IMG/VR virus record: IMGVR_UViG_3300044630_005137 | Location: 1 to 64,000 of that record | Length of the DNA stretch: 64,000 nt | Source of the DNA: a virus | Strand: one strand, 5' to 3' | Shown: positions 37,235 to 46,400 of the stretch, piece by piece | Numbering within the stretch: position 1 is the stretch's first letter | Layout: each line of letters opens with the position of its first letter | Translations under genes and position numbers: made by a program | Notes under the pieces: model-generated | What the model was told of the DNA's origin: nothing | Database searches by the model: none | Seen by the model: the letters and a program-made list of their open reading frames with translations, nothing else

Positions 37235-37909
37235 TTACCAGTCTACGCTGCTACTTGTTGAGGATGACTCTCGTTCTTCTGGAGATGACTCACCAGTATA
37301 GAATGCTTCCTGCTCTGCGTATGGAACGCTACGCACTGCTGTTTTTTCTAAATCAAACAGCTCAACAGCAGAAAAGTCGAATGGCTTTTCATCTTTAGCC
37401 AACGGTATAATTGTGTAGCTTGTGTCTGTCTTAAGACCACTACGCTTTACACGCCACATTAGATTTGTGATGCTTCCCATTTCATTTGCATATTCAATCA
37501 GTGTTGGTGTAATTGTTTTACCGCTTACTCCTTGAGAAAGAATTGCTACATATGGCTCAGTCTTTCCGTCATCAACTAGGACATTAATATATAGGCGCTT
37601 TCTTGCACCCCAGCCAGCCTTTGGATCTTTACGGTGCTGTTCTTGAGCCCAGTCACGGCCTTCATCTTCCATTGTGTCTAGTGCCTTACGGCGATAATCT
37701 TTAGGGTTTGTGTGCTCAATTGCAAAAAATCCGCAACCCATTTTTTCATTATAGTGTGGTGAATCTGGATCTAATTCTTGCAGAAAGCGAATCTTGACTG
37801 CTTCTCCGTCTTCAATCTTTAACCACTTTGCCTTGCTATCTTCTGAACTAGTATACGTAACCTTGTCCATTGCCTTTGTCATTCCTGACAAACCTTTTAC
37901 TATTCCCAT
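37235..37909 (-). CDS. phage-type (gp32-like) ssDNA-binding protein
   Basis: KWLKIEDGE.VKIRFL, R.G..TDTSY, acidic Ser-rich tail ending DW; lies between primase and polymerase. Confidence 0.7.
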   Translation of the reverse strand: MGIVKGLSGMTKAMDKVTYTSSEDSKAKWLKIEDGEAVKIRFLQELDPDSPHYNEKMGCGFFAIEHTNPKDYRRKALDTMEDEGRDWAQEQHRKDPKAGWGARKRLYINVLVDDGKTEPYVAILSQGVSGKTITPTLIEYANEMGSITNLMWRVKRSGLKTDTSYTIIPLAKDEKPFDFSAVELFDLEKTAVRSVPYAEQEAFYTGESSPEERESSSTSSSVDW

Positions 37910-37967
37910 TTTATTCTCCTTATGTATGTAACGGTATATATCCGTTTGTAATCACTTATATTATTGT

Positions 37968-38957
37968 TTAATTTTTATATTCGAAATTAGATATGGCATT
38001 TGTTATACAGGCTTTAATGTCTTCATCAGACATGTCACCTGCATCTTTTACACCCTCTGGATATATTCTACCATAAGAATGCGATGCCCACAAGATGTTT
38101 TTATTACTTAGTTTATATGCAATTGTTGAGCCTAAATCTCTTCCCGCCTTATCTGCATCAGTCATAATAATAACTGTATTGAAGTATCTATTTAACAGGT
38201 TAAGGTTTTGTCCAGATATGTGACCCCCCAGGGTGGCAACAACATTCGGGAAGCCAGCCTGATGAACACGAATCGCATCAAAGCTAGACTCTACAACTAT
38301 AACCCTATCTCCAATTTTTTTAGCACGATGGATATTAAACATAGTTTTGCTTCTTGGCAAGTCTTTGCTATTCTTAAATCTTTTATCAGAAATAGATCTC
38401 CCAACAACTCCGACTGGTATTCCATCTGGACTATGAACTGGGACAGTTATCATGTCCATGTTTTCAGAATACCCTAATGAGAAATGGTCAATTGATTGCA
38501 AATTAATACCACGTGATTTTAAGTACTCCTTTGCTTTATCATTTACAATTAATCCATTATATAAACTCTTTAATTTTTCTTCTGAAAATTCAACAAAGTC
38601 TGGCTTGTCTTCTAGAATATCCTTAAGCGATTCATCAAAGTTTTCTAGGGCCTGAGACTGTTTTGATTCAATATACCTCAAGGATTGAAACTCATTTTTA
38701 TTTAAAATCTTTTTTACTAGATCGCTCATTGTTCCAGATTCACCGCATGAAGGATTAAAACAAATATAAGCACCCTTTGTTTTACTTATGCTAAAGCTTG
38801 ATGTATGTCTGTTTGAATGGAATGGGCAATACGCAAGGAAGTCGTTGGATGTTTCTCCAACCATATCTATACCTAGACTTTGGACTATTGATTTTATGTG
38901 GGCAGAGGAGTATTCCGATGTATCAACTTTCCTTGTGTCATACCCTCTAATTGCCAT
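37968..38957 (-). CDS. dnaG: DNA primase (CHC2 zinc finger + TOPRIM)
   Basis: CPFH..C, VVESSFD, DADKAG; start MAIRGYD. Confidence 0.92.
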   Translation of the reverse strand: MAIRGYDTRKVDTSEYSSAHIKSIVQSLGIDMVGETSNDFLAYCPFHSNRHTSSFSISKTKGAYICFNPSCGESGTMSDLVKKILNKNEFQSLRYIESKQSQALENFDESLKDILEDKPDFVEFSEEKLKSLYNGLIVNDKAKEYLKSRGINLQSIDHFSLGYSENMDMITVPVHSPDGIPVGVVGRSISDKRFKNSKDLPRSKTMFNIHRAKKIGDRVIVVESSFDAIRVHQAGFPNVVATLGGHISGQNLNLLNRYFNTVIIMTDADKAGRDLGSTIAYKLSNKNILWASHSYGRIYPEGVKDAGDMSDEDIKACITNAISNFEYKN

Positions 38958-39184
38958 GCCTTCTTCTTTCCTACATAAACTCCATGGAGGGTCATTAAGA
39001 ACTTCCATGTTTGTCCGTCAAATTCTACCGAAAAAGCTGGGTCTATGTCAAGTGCCCTAGCGTATCCAGAATCTTTCATTTGTCCTACAAGCAAATCTTC
39101 GTATTGTTTTTTTATCCTGATCATATCAGAATCATCTAAAAACTCAACTCTTATTTGAAACCTTTTAATATTTTGATGAGTCAC
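38894..39184 (-). CDS. hypothetical protein
   Basis: ORF track, ATGA coupling to helicase. Confidence 0.7.
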   Translation of the reverse strand: MTHQNIKRFQIRVEFLDDSDMIRIKKQYEDLLVGQMKDSGYARALDIDPAFSVEFDGQTWKFLMTLHGVYVGKKKAWQLEGMTQGKLIHRNTPLPT

Positions 39185-40416
39185 TTGCTCAACTCTGGCA
39201 AGTCTTCATAGATCGGAGTGATAACTCCTCTATTTATATCCCAGTCAAGGAAGAATCTAAAGTCATGTCCATGCCTATTCTTTCTAGACACAACCTCAAT
39301 TAAATCTGTATTGGCATGCTTATGAATAGCAATAGCCATATCAGCATCATACTCAATAGCCTTTGACCATGCAACTTGGCTCATCATTGGAGGTTCTTTT
39401 TGATCTGAAATATCATCTGCCGTAGCAGCGGTAATATCAATAATAGGAATTCCATTTGTTACAGCCAACAACTTAAAATCTCTTGAAATATTTCTATTTC
39501 TTTCAACTTCAGAATTGCTTCTCTTATTATCATTAAACAATTGATGGTAATCAAGAATAACTAAGTCTGGCTTATGCTGATCAATCTTTCCCTGAATAGT
39601 TGCTGGAGTTACTTCTCCTGCACCTTCATTTGAAACAAGAATGAAACTGTTTTTGCCTTCAGTTTTTTTCTTTCCCCATGTTTTAAAATCGTCAATGTTA
39701 ATGTCGCCCTTAGACAGGTCACTTGCTCTAAATAAACCAGAGCCAAGCATAGTATAAATTCTATCTCGCATATTCTCTGGTGCCATTTCAAGAGACACAA
39801 TCATAGGCTTAAAGCCTTGCTCCCAAGCTTTGCATGCAAGATACGATGTAAACCAAGTCTTACCACGTCCTGGCCAGCCAATTGCCACAATGAGGTGTCC
39901 TGGAGCCATTCCAGTTGGGTATGCCTTATCAATTGCATCAAACCCTGTTAGGATTCCTGGACTTCCACCCATCGCTAAAGATCTAGTTCTTACTGACTCA
40001 TAGTGTCTTTCTGCTGAATCTAAATCTGTTATATCTAGGTCTTTAACATTGTTTGTGTACCTACTCAAATTTGCAAGTTGCGATTGCATTGTTCCAAGCA
40101 CTCTAGATGGAGCATCTTCTTTTAAAGATGAACCAGCCTGCATAAGAATTGTCTTTAACTTATTGCCTACAAATTCATTCTTTAGTTTATCTAGATAATA
40201 TCCCGTCTCACCTTTTGTTTCAACTGGCTCAAAGTCTTTAAATTTATCTTGTAGGATTCCAGCCTCTGGTACTGCTCTAAACTTATAGTAGTATGACTTA
40301 AGGCCTTCCCAGATATCCTTATGGGATACAAACAGGTCGTCCGAATTGTCTGCAAGAATGGTGCTGATATCTTTGTTTTTACAAACTGCCGAAATGAGTT
40401 CTGCTTCTGTATTCAT
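39181..40416 (-). CDS. dnaB: DnaB-like replicative helicase
   Basis: GWPGRGKT, SLEM, ILDY, IEYDAD, KNRHG. Confidence 0.95.
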   Translation of the reverse strand: MNTEAELISAVCKNKDISTILADNSDDLFVSHKDIWEGLKSYYYKFRAVPEAGILQDKFKDFEPVETKGETGYYLDKLKNEFVGNKLKTILMQAGSSLKEDAPSRVLGTMQSQLANLSRYTNNVKDLDITDLDSAERHYESVRTRSLAMGGSPGILTGFDAIDKAYPTGMAPGHLIVAIGWPGRGKTWFTSYLACKAWEQGFKPMIVSLEMAPENMRDRIYTMLGSGLFRASDLSKGDINIDDFKTWGKKKTEGKNSFILVSNEGAGEVTPATIQGKIDQHKPDLVILDYHQLFNDNKRSNSEVERNRNISRDFKLLAVTNGIPIIDITAATADDISDQKEPPMMSQVAWSKAIEYDADMAIAIHKHANTDLIEVVSRKNRHGHDFRFFLDWDINRGVITPIYEDLPELSK

Positions 40417-40730
40417 TAGTTATCCTCAACCATTCTTTTAGTCTCCTGCAACAGACGGCTTCTGTTAATTTTATCTTCTTTAATCTGAATCATCATGTCC
40501 TCTATTCGATCAAAGTTGTTGTAAAAGAAATTAAGCGGGTGCCTATTCTTTCCAGTTTTAAAGTAATACTCTAACACATCTTTAGATCGATCAAACCCTA
40601 TGCTGTCTATTACATCTTGCATTGCCCACTTTTCCTTATACCTATTGATAGTTGGCTTTGTTTTATAAGCCTCCTCATATAGATTAGAATACAAAGAAAG
40701 TAGGATGTAGGGTTCTTTATTTACTGCCAC
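40416..40730 (-). CDS. hypothetical protein
   Basis: ORF track. Confidence 0.7.
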   Translation of the reverse strand: MAVNKEPYILLSLYSNLYEEAYKTKPTINRYKEKWAMQDVIDSIGFDRSKDVLEYYFKTGKNRHPLNFFYNNFDRIEDMMIQIKEDKINRSRLLQETKRMVEDN

Positions 40731-40926
40731 GCAATTCCTCTTCTACTTCTTGTGTCTTTTGAATTAGCTTATCTTCAACAAACTTATATACTCTATCTGC
40801 TGCGGCATCAACTGTTTCGCCTTCTCTAACAAAATCGTCTACGCCAATACCAATCTTGATGCTTTCAAAATTACCCAGATTGCGTGTAAAAGATAAGTCT
40901 ACTCTAACTTGAGTTCCTTTTTCCAT
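40717..40926 (-). CDS. hypothetical protein
   Basis: TRNLGNFES motif. Confidence 0.75.
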   Translation of the reverse strand: MEKGTQVRVDLSFTRNLGNFESIKIGIGVDDFVREGETVDAAADRVYKFVEDKLIQKTQEVEEELRGSK

Positions 40927-41033
40927 TAGTGCTCAGCCTTTCTATGCCTGCTTAAACTGTCATGAGCAAAAATGCCCCAACGTAATTCTATTTCTTTTTT
41001 ACATATATCACATACCACTACTCTGCTTGACAT
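40926..41033 (-). CDS. 35-aa C2H2-type zinc-finger micro-protein (MSSRVVVCDICKK...RHRKAEH)
   Basis: hand-translated; TAATG overlaps on both sides. Confidence 0.7.
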   Translation of the reverse strand: MSSRVVVCDICKKEIELRWGIFAHDSLSRHRKAEH

Positions 41034-41515
41034 TATTCTGCTTTCCATACTGGTACAAATTTTCCTTCAGTGGTCTTAGTATACAATATAGTGTTGTGTT
41101 TGAGAAGAGCTTTCATCTCATTTTTTGAAGGCATATTATTAGAGTATCCTGATTCTAATATAAACTCATGAATGTCCATAATGTCCGATTCGCTATACAT
41201 AAACTTATACCATGTGCTATCTGGATTACCTATTGGATATACTTTTTGAGGATATCTTATCTTCCCGTCCAAAATATAATCTTCTATTGTAACCTTATGC
41301 TTGCCAAGCATCTGGGCTACCTGACTAGTTGAATATGCATTCTCCATAGTTTTTAAAACTTGTGAATAAGAATATAGCAATCTTTTTTTATCTGGGTAGC
41401 ACCAGGCAACCATTTGATCTTTAGATCTTGAATGACTTAATACTTTATGTATCTTGTTATTTAAGAAGAAATACCGAATGCTTTTAGCTGACTGTTTTCT
41501 CTTTTTTCTATCCAT
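41033..41515 (-). CDS. MerR-like HTH DNA-binding protein
   Basis: YSTSQVAQMLGKHKVTI..GKI..YSESDI. Confidence 0.7.
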   Translation of the reverse strand: MDRKKRKQSAKSIRYFFLNNKIHKVLSHSRSKDQMVAWCYPDKKRLLYSYSQVLKTMENAYSTSQVAQMLGKHKVTIEDYILDGKIRYPQKVYPIGNPDSTWYKFMYSESDIMDIHEFILESGYSNNMPSKNEMKALLKHNTILYTKTTEGKFVPVWKAE

Positions 41516-41649
41516 TTACCTAGTGCACTCGTATCCTTATTAATCATCCATCTTTTACCGCACATCATGCAGAAAAGCTCTACGTGTAGTTTTTGCGAAA
41601 ACACTCTATCAACAAAAACTCTTCCTTGACACTTATTGCATTTCATCAT
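41461..41649 (-). CDS. zinc-ribbon protein
   Basis: CNKC..CMMCG. Confidence 0.75.
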   Translation of the reverse strand: MMKCNKCQGRVFVDRVFSQKLHVELFCMMCGKRWMINKDTSALGKWIEKRENSQLKAFGISS

Positions 41650-42446
41650 AGTGTAAATAGCTTCCCATCAACAACACATGAGTAATCTGGAGCCACATGT
41701 ATCATCTGAATATGTGGATAATCATTTACAATATGTGCAATAGCAAAACCTTTTTGCCAATCGTGGTGCTGCATATATTTCATTCCTGGACCTTTTTCAT
41801 CACACATGTGGCCAAGCTCATAACCACGAAGAGTTTCTCCTTCTCCGCCATTTCTTAGTTCGTATGTTACAAGGTGGGAGGCAATTCTGTGCGAGTGTCC
41901 TCTAATTAAAGATACCTGCAGGTCTTCCATGTCTTTACGAACAGATCCAGTTGCTGCAATTGAAAGTCCATGGTGAACATGTATATCTCCAAAGCGGCGC
42001 TTAGGTAATTCATTATAATGAATATACTCGTAACCCAATGAGTCTAAGCCCCACAATGCTTCTGGAGTAACTTCATTAATATAATCAGGAAGCTTTGCGT
42101 CTACATAATTAAAAATTCTAACATCATGGTTGCCTAAAGCAGAAAATAATTGTGCTTCTGGTAGCATCTCTCGTGTTTTTGTGTAAAAATCTCTAGCGCC
42201 TTTTGCTTCATGACGCATCATTGGAACAATCAGGTCTCTACTATCAGTCTTGTGAAGGTTTAAAAACTCTGCTGATCTTCCTTCTGTGTACTTGCTATAA
42301 CATGCTTGGTCATCTGTATCTCCAAGATAATCTACAACATCTGGTTTAAACCACTTCATGACTTTGAACCAAAGTGCTATCATCTTATCATCCTGATATG
42401 GAAATTGTTGGTCGGATGAAATCATCCACTTTAAATCGTTAGTCAT
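41646..42446 (-). CDS. calcineurin-like metallophosphoesterase
   Basis: SDQQ, LGD, GNHD, HHG, GHSHR. Confidence 0.9.
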   Translation of the reverse strand: MTNDLKWMISSDQQFPYQDDKMIALWFKVMKWFKPDVVDYLGDTDDQACYSKYTEGRSAEFLNLHKTDSRDLIVPMMRHEAKGARDFYTKTREMLPEAQLFSALGNHDVRIFNYVDAKLPDYINEVTPEALWGLDSLGYEYIHYNELPKRRFGDIHVHHGLSIAATGSVRKDMEDLQVSLIRGHSHRIASHLVTYELRNGGEGETLRGYELGHMCDEKGPGMKYMQHHDWQKGFAIAHIVNDYPHIQMIHVAPDYSCVVDGKLFTL

Positions 42447-42465
42447 TAAAACCCTTAATATATAT

Positions 42466-42491
42466 ATTAAGCCACGATATCGTGGCTTAAT
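42466..42491. promoter_or_regulatory. perfect 26-bp palindrome (operator or hairpin) just downstream of promoter 42501-42528
   Basis: ATTAAGCCACGAT|ATCGTGGCTTAAT; TTGACA-16-TACAAT upstream on minus strand. Confidence 0.75.
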
Positions 42492-42536
42492 GTTATAGTA
42501 ATTGTAACATATTGGTGCAGTGTGTCAATAGCAATT

Positions 42537-42974
42537 CTATGAAGATGAATCTGAAACAGGCTTTCTACCAGCGCTTAGCCAATGAAATTCAACTTTTCCA
42601 GCTATACCTGTACTAGAATAAACATGCAGCGTTGTAGTTCCACCTGAAGTTCCAGTACCAGTAATAGAATACCTAAGATCATTTTTTGATGGGTCCTGAA
42701 ATCTTGGTGTTGCAACTACAAATACTGCTTCGTATTCTGGCTCCCACGCAAGTGGTATGTTTCTTGAGTTTGATTTACCCTTACCTATGCCATTGTCAAA
42801 GCTAACAAAGCCCGCTCTTAAGTGCATCACGGCAAGTTTTGAAACATCGCCTGCGGTAGCCTTACTCAAGTCATAAGACTCATCAGATCTCATCTTGATG
42901 GCATCTATCTGATTTTGTAGGTTCTCTAATTTTTTTGGATCTACTGGCTCTCCGTCTGCAAACGTTTCACCCAT
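42537..42974 (-). CDS. hypothetical tail-module protein (start MGETFAD)
   Basis: ORF track; beta-rich C-terminus. Confidence 0.65.
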   Translation of the reverse strand: MGETFADGEPVDPKKLENLQNQIDAIKMRSDESYDLSKATAGDVSKLAVMHLRAGFVSFDNGIGKGKSNSRNIPLAWEPEYEAVFVVATPRFQDPSKNDLRYSITGTGTSGGTTTLHVYSSTGIAGKVEFHWLSAGRKPVSDSSS

Positions 42975-42975
42975 A

Positions 42976-43164
42976 TTATGAATCCCCCATCTTTGCTGCA
43001 ATTTCTTCTGAATAAGAATCTAAAGCTTTTTGCTTATCATCTGATTGATTAGATAGAACTGTTAGCTCTGCTCTTAGCATTGCAATTTGTAACTCATAAT
43101 TAGCAGCAAGCTGGCCAATTCTTTCTTGCATAGCAGATATTACTAGCTGAGATTTTTCTTCCAT
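42976..43164 (-). CDS. coiled-coil hypothetical protein
   Basis: ORF track. Confidence 0.7.
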   Translation of the reverse strand: MEEKSQLVISAMQERIGQLAANYELQIAMLRAELTVLSNQSDDKQKALDSYSEEIAAKMGDS

Positions 43165-43173
43165 TTGTTTACC

Positions 43174-43392
43174 TTATTCTGCGATTAATGTTAATTCTGC
43201 GGCGAGAACAACTAGCTTTGCATTTATATCTGCAAGCTGTGTATTTAGATCAGCAATTGTTGTTGTGTTTGGTGTGGACACAGCATTTTCAACCTTCAAA
43301 GATACCTGAACATTATACTTTGCATATTCTAGTGATCTTGAATGCTGATTTATTACTGCTTCTTTTTCTTCATTTGTTAATTCATATGTCAT
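43174..43392 (-). CDS. small helical protein downstream of tail fibre
   Basis: AGGAGG RBS; TGGTATAAT promoter. Confidence 0.75.
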   Translation of the reverse strand: MTYELTNEEKEAVINQHSRSLEYAKYNVQVSLKVENAVSTPNTTTIADLNTQLADINAKLVVLAAELTLIAE

Positions 43393-43473
43393 TTTGTGCC
43401 TCCTTTCATATTATACCATTATCATATACCATTTAGCAATATGATCAAAATTTAATTACAGATTAACTATTTA

Positions 43474-46400
43474 TTAAGATGGCCCTATTGCAGATGTGAA
43501 AGCCCCATTAGACCAGCCGCTAACCCCAGCAGAATTCCTTGCTCTAATAAACCAATAATATTGATTAGATATTGGAGCAGTAAATACTTCTGATGTGATA
43601 AGAGGCTGTCCAGGTTGTGGATAATCTATAGTCGCTGAGCTTGAAGGTTTTGTTGCACTTGTTCCCCAATACAACTCATAGCTAGTTGCTCCAGATACTG
43701 CATTCCAGGAAAGCTGTGTATTAGAACCAGATAGGTAAGCTGTTAAACCTGTTGGAACTGCTGGTGTTGTAGACGGGAAGTGTGGTGGGAAGAACGGTGG
43801 GAAGTGTGGTGGGAAGAACGGTGGGAAGAACGGTGGGAAGTGTGGTGGGAAGAACGGTGGGAAGTGTGGTGGGAAGAACGGTGGGAAGAACGGTGGGAAG
43901 TGTGGTGGGAAGAACGGTGGGAAGTGTGGTGGGAAGAACGGTGGGAAGAACGGTGGGAAGTGTGGTGGGAAGAACGGTGGTGTATTTGCAGCTGTTGCAG
44001 TAATAGTATTTGTTGAAGAAACATAAGAAGATGTACCAGAAGAGTTAGTTGCTCTGGCAAAAGATCTGAATATATTTTCTGGCGAAATTGCATCATTTGA
44101 TGTAATTGTATAAGAAGCAGATGTTGTTCCAGTTGCAACAACTGTACTTAAATCTGTTGGTATAGTAGGATAAAGCGCAGTTGTAATAATTGTTTCATAC
44201 GAAGTTGGCGTTGGAGACCATCCAGAAGTTGCTGCGGATATAATACTTCCAACGGTTGATGTTCCAGTTAAAGTAACCGATCCTCCAGAAGGTATTGCCA
44301 CTGTTGGATTTTGAACTGTAAACGTTGCAGTTGCTGTTCCGTTAGGAGAAATTCCATTTGATGCTGTTACAAAAAGTCTCCAGGAAAGTGCTGTGGTCCC
44401 TTGAGCTACAGTTGGAGAAAATGTAGATCCTGTCGCAACTTCTTGCCAAGACCCATTGCTTAAAAATCTCTGCCAAGAATATGCATAAGTTATAGTTTGA
44501 GATCCACTCCATCCTGAAGTTGATGCAGTAAATGTTGTGGATCCGTATGTTCCGCTAGCTGGGCTAACCGATGCTGAGCCTCCAGTTGGTGCAAGTGCTG
44601 GGGGTACGTATGGCGTAGAGGTAATAATATTTGAAGAATATGTTGGTGAGGTTCCACCTGAATTTGAAGCATATGCAAATGCAATAAACCGATCTGGAGT
44701 ACCAGAAGCTTCAGAGTCTGTAATTGTATGTGAAACTTGAGTAGATGCAGACGAAGTGACTAGTGTGCTTGACTGTGTTGGGTTTGCACCAGTTGCCTTT
44801 CTTATTTCAATGTAAGATGAGGTTGGAGAATTTGTAAATGAAGAAGTTGCAGTTATTTGAGTACGTGCTTGAACTGTACCAGATGGAGAAATAGATACAG
44901 AACCTACTGGTGCAGATACTGGAGCAGAAACGGTTACGTCATTTGAATTAGCTGGTGTTGATCCCCCACCATTAATTGCTGTAACAACGCATCTTAATGT
45001 GTTTCCGTACAAGGAAACAAAATTTGCAGGTGGAGTATACGTACTTTGATTATTTGTGCCAGGTGCAGCTGGGTATATAACGCTTGTCTCCCTGTATCTC
45101 CATGAATACGTGTATCCAGTTGGGCTTCCACTCCATGAACCATTTGTCGTTGAGTATTGAGTAGAACCTGCAGTACCAGAACTAGGGGTTACCTCTGGTG
45201 CAGAAATAAGTGATGGTGCATTTACAAGACCAACAGTAATAGTATTTGAATCAACCGTTCCTTGATCATTTGATGCTCTTATAAAAACAGTATAGTCGTA
45301 TCCAGCTGTTAATCCAGTAATTGTTGAAGGAGATGTTGTAACCTGTTTAGATGTAGGTCCTAAGATTGATGATGTTCTTAGGTAGTATATAACATCACTG
45401 CCTCCAGTATTTTTTGTTCCTCCGTATATAATACTTGGAGTAAAAGTTGTTGCAATAGATGTTGAAGATGATTTTGTTGCAGTCAAAAGGCTAGGTGCTT
45501 CTGCTTTTGTGTTTATGTACGCTCCTGGTGCTGGTGAAACTTCACTAACAGAATATCCCTGTGCATTGTGTGCAAAAACTTTTGCCCTAATTGTATATGA
45601 ATCTGGAAATGGGCCAGCCGTCATTGATGTTGCTGCCCAAGTATCTGATAGAGTGTACCATGTACTTAAATCATAATCATAAGCATACTGAACCCTATAG
45701 TAATCTATCGCAGATCCTCCATTGTTTAATGGAGCTTCCCAGGATATAGATATCTGACCTTCACCATAACTTCTGAAAGCAACGTTTTGTATTGAAACAT
45801 TTCTTGCTGGCCCAGGAGCAGTTAATATAACTTGTGTAGTTACTGATCCAGTTATTGAATCTCCAGGAGAAGATGAATTAAATGGTGTGATTCTATAGTA
45901 ATATGTTGTATTACTAGGAAATGGTCCTACTGGTGTAAATGTTCTAGAAGATGTAAGTGTTGCAATTGTTCCATAATTTATAGTTGATCCATATTCAATT
46001 TCAACCGATGTTGTGTTTGCTCCAAATACGACCCCAATAGACCAGCTTGATGTAGTTGAAGATGTTGTTATTGTTGGATCAGAAGGTTTATATTTAAGCA
46101 CAGGAACAGATGTTGATGTATAAACTCCAGCGCTTGTTGCATAAATATTTCTTGCATAAACGATACCAGATAAGGTGTTTGATGTCTCGGTTAAAAAAGT
46201 GTAATCCCAATAGCTATTAGATATCCACCCACTGTTAACATAGCTATTCGCACCTTGATTATTTACTTCATATTGAAAATAATATTCAGTTGGTAAATTC
46301 GTAAATGATGGAGCTGTAATTCTATATGTAGATCCAGGACGCCCTGCAGGCCCCGCCTGTAAAGATAGTACTGCAGATACAGGAGTTGCTACTGGCGTTC

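Noticed and set aside
37929-37946. Small hairpin upstream of the gp32-like SSB (possible autoregulatory element)
   Set aside because: Only about 5 bp of stem; too weak to support
33940-40416. Inteins or introns in DnaE, primase or DnaB
   Set aside because: Lengths are ordinary; no splice-junction or homing-endonuclease motifs seen
43777-43980. Possible CRISPR array or DGR repeat
   Set aside because: No unique spacers; in-frame coding minisatellite; no reverse transcriptase in the window
43743-44141. Alternative-frame ORFs WEERWEVW / GRTVGSVV / HHTSHRSS
   Set aside because: Shadows of a stop-free 12-bp repeat inside the tail fibre; no RBS or promoter support
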